From Vicugna vicugna (taxonomy: Eukaryota): 64,000 nt of DNA. The stretch is from NCBI GenBank assembly GCA_013265495.1, contig MU058252.1, positions 1,770,244 to 1,834,243 of the forward strand. Reading direction: 5' to 3'. The stretch's first letter is position 1, and every line of letters begins with the position of its first letter. Position numbers and translations under genes: made by a program. The notes below the pieces were generated by a model. The model was not told the DNA's origin and did not search any database. It saw nothing but the letters and a program-made list of their open reading frames with translations. Below, piece after piece: positions 63,191-64,000 of this stretch.

Positions 63191-64000
63191 CTCGTTTGGA
63201 AAGCTCGCTTCTGCTAGATTGTATGGAACTTCCTGAAGAGGTCAGTGATTTCTCCGTTCATAGCTCGAGTCCTCTCTGCAACTTTGCGAGTTTTTCCCTT
63301 TCCGTATCTGGCCTTGGTATATGGCAAGTTACTCCAGCTAATTTAGGCCATATTCTTGCAAATAGCCATACCGCCCACGTCTGTCTTTTTCCATAAATAA
63401 GACGTATGAACTGCATCCCCATCAAGAACAGCAGATTTCTGTCTGGGAATTTTAGGGAAAAGATAAATATTAATATCAAGTAAAAAGGTCTCCAGTTTTT
63501 AAAAAAAAATTATGTCAGAATCTTTCAGGCATTTTCCACTTCATTTTTGAGTTTGGGGAACTTCACGTGAGAAAGGCAGCCTCCCCTGGGGCAGGATGGG
63601 GCATGGTGAAGTGGACTGGACCGGTCAGTAATTCGTGCACCATGATTTACACTCTCCATATTAATAAGAGACAGAAACAAAAGGAGAGAGACGGGTCGTG
63701 CTTGTGTGCATTTAGGGGAGGAGTCTGTTCATCCGCAGAGGACAGGGATCCCCTTTGCAAATGGAGACATTGTATGAATTAAGGACAGATTTTCCTTTGA
63801 AAAGATAAATATGGGGAAAAAAATGAATTTGTGTTTCAACACCAACTTGCCACCTTGGCTTGGACGCTTCAGGCAGTACACCACCTCCATCACTTTGGGT
63901 GGAAGCCCTTAGGAATGGGGACACGGTAGGTAGCAAAGACCGTTTCATTTTCAGTGTGTGTAAAACTGACGAAATCAAAATTTACGCCTGTAACTATTTA

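Overview
Mammalian genomic DNA, most likely camelid (alpaca/camel). The lineage call rests on five tRNA-derived SINEs of the camelid vic-1 type and many lineage-specific L1 3' ends; I saw no ruminant Bov-A/Bov-B elements. The window is intergenic/intronic and repeat-rich: L1, L2, MIR, MaLR/ERVL/ERV1 LTRs and a Tigger-type MITE. It has two assembly gaps (9353-9955, 28844-28901). I cannot identify any protein-coding gene by name; the ORF track is mostly noise, L1 ORF2 relics, or products of the gap or the minisatellite. Best-supported non-routine structures: (1) a decayed, nested ERV1 provirus cluster on the minus strand at ~16.9-23.7 kb; (2) an orphan CpG island at ~38.9-39.6 kb, flanked by an LTR, a 9 x 45-bp minisatellite and a 121-bp duplicate of the island edge that has lost 5 of 7 CpGs; (3) two CTCF motifs in a diverged duplication, 530 bp apart; (4) a cluster of minus-strand splice donors around a second CpG island at ~10.4-11.5 kb. 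Nothing here supports a new biological system. Repeat family names come from recalled consensus sequences, boundaries are approximate, and both need RepeatMasker/Dfam confirmation.
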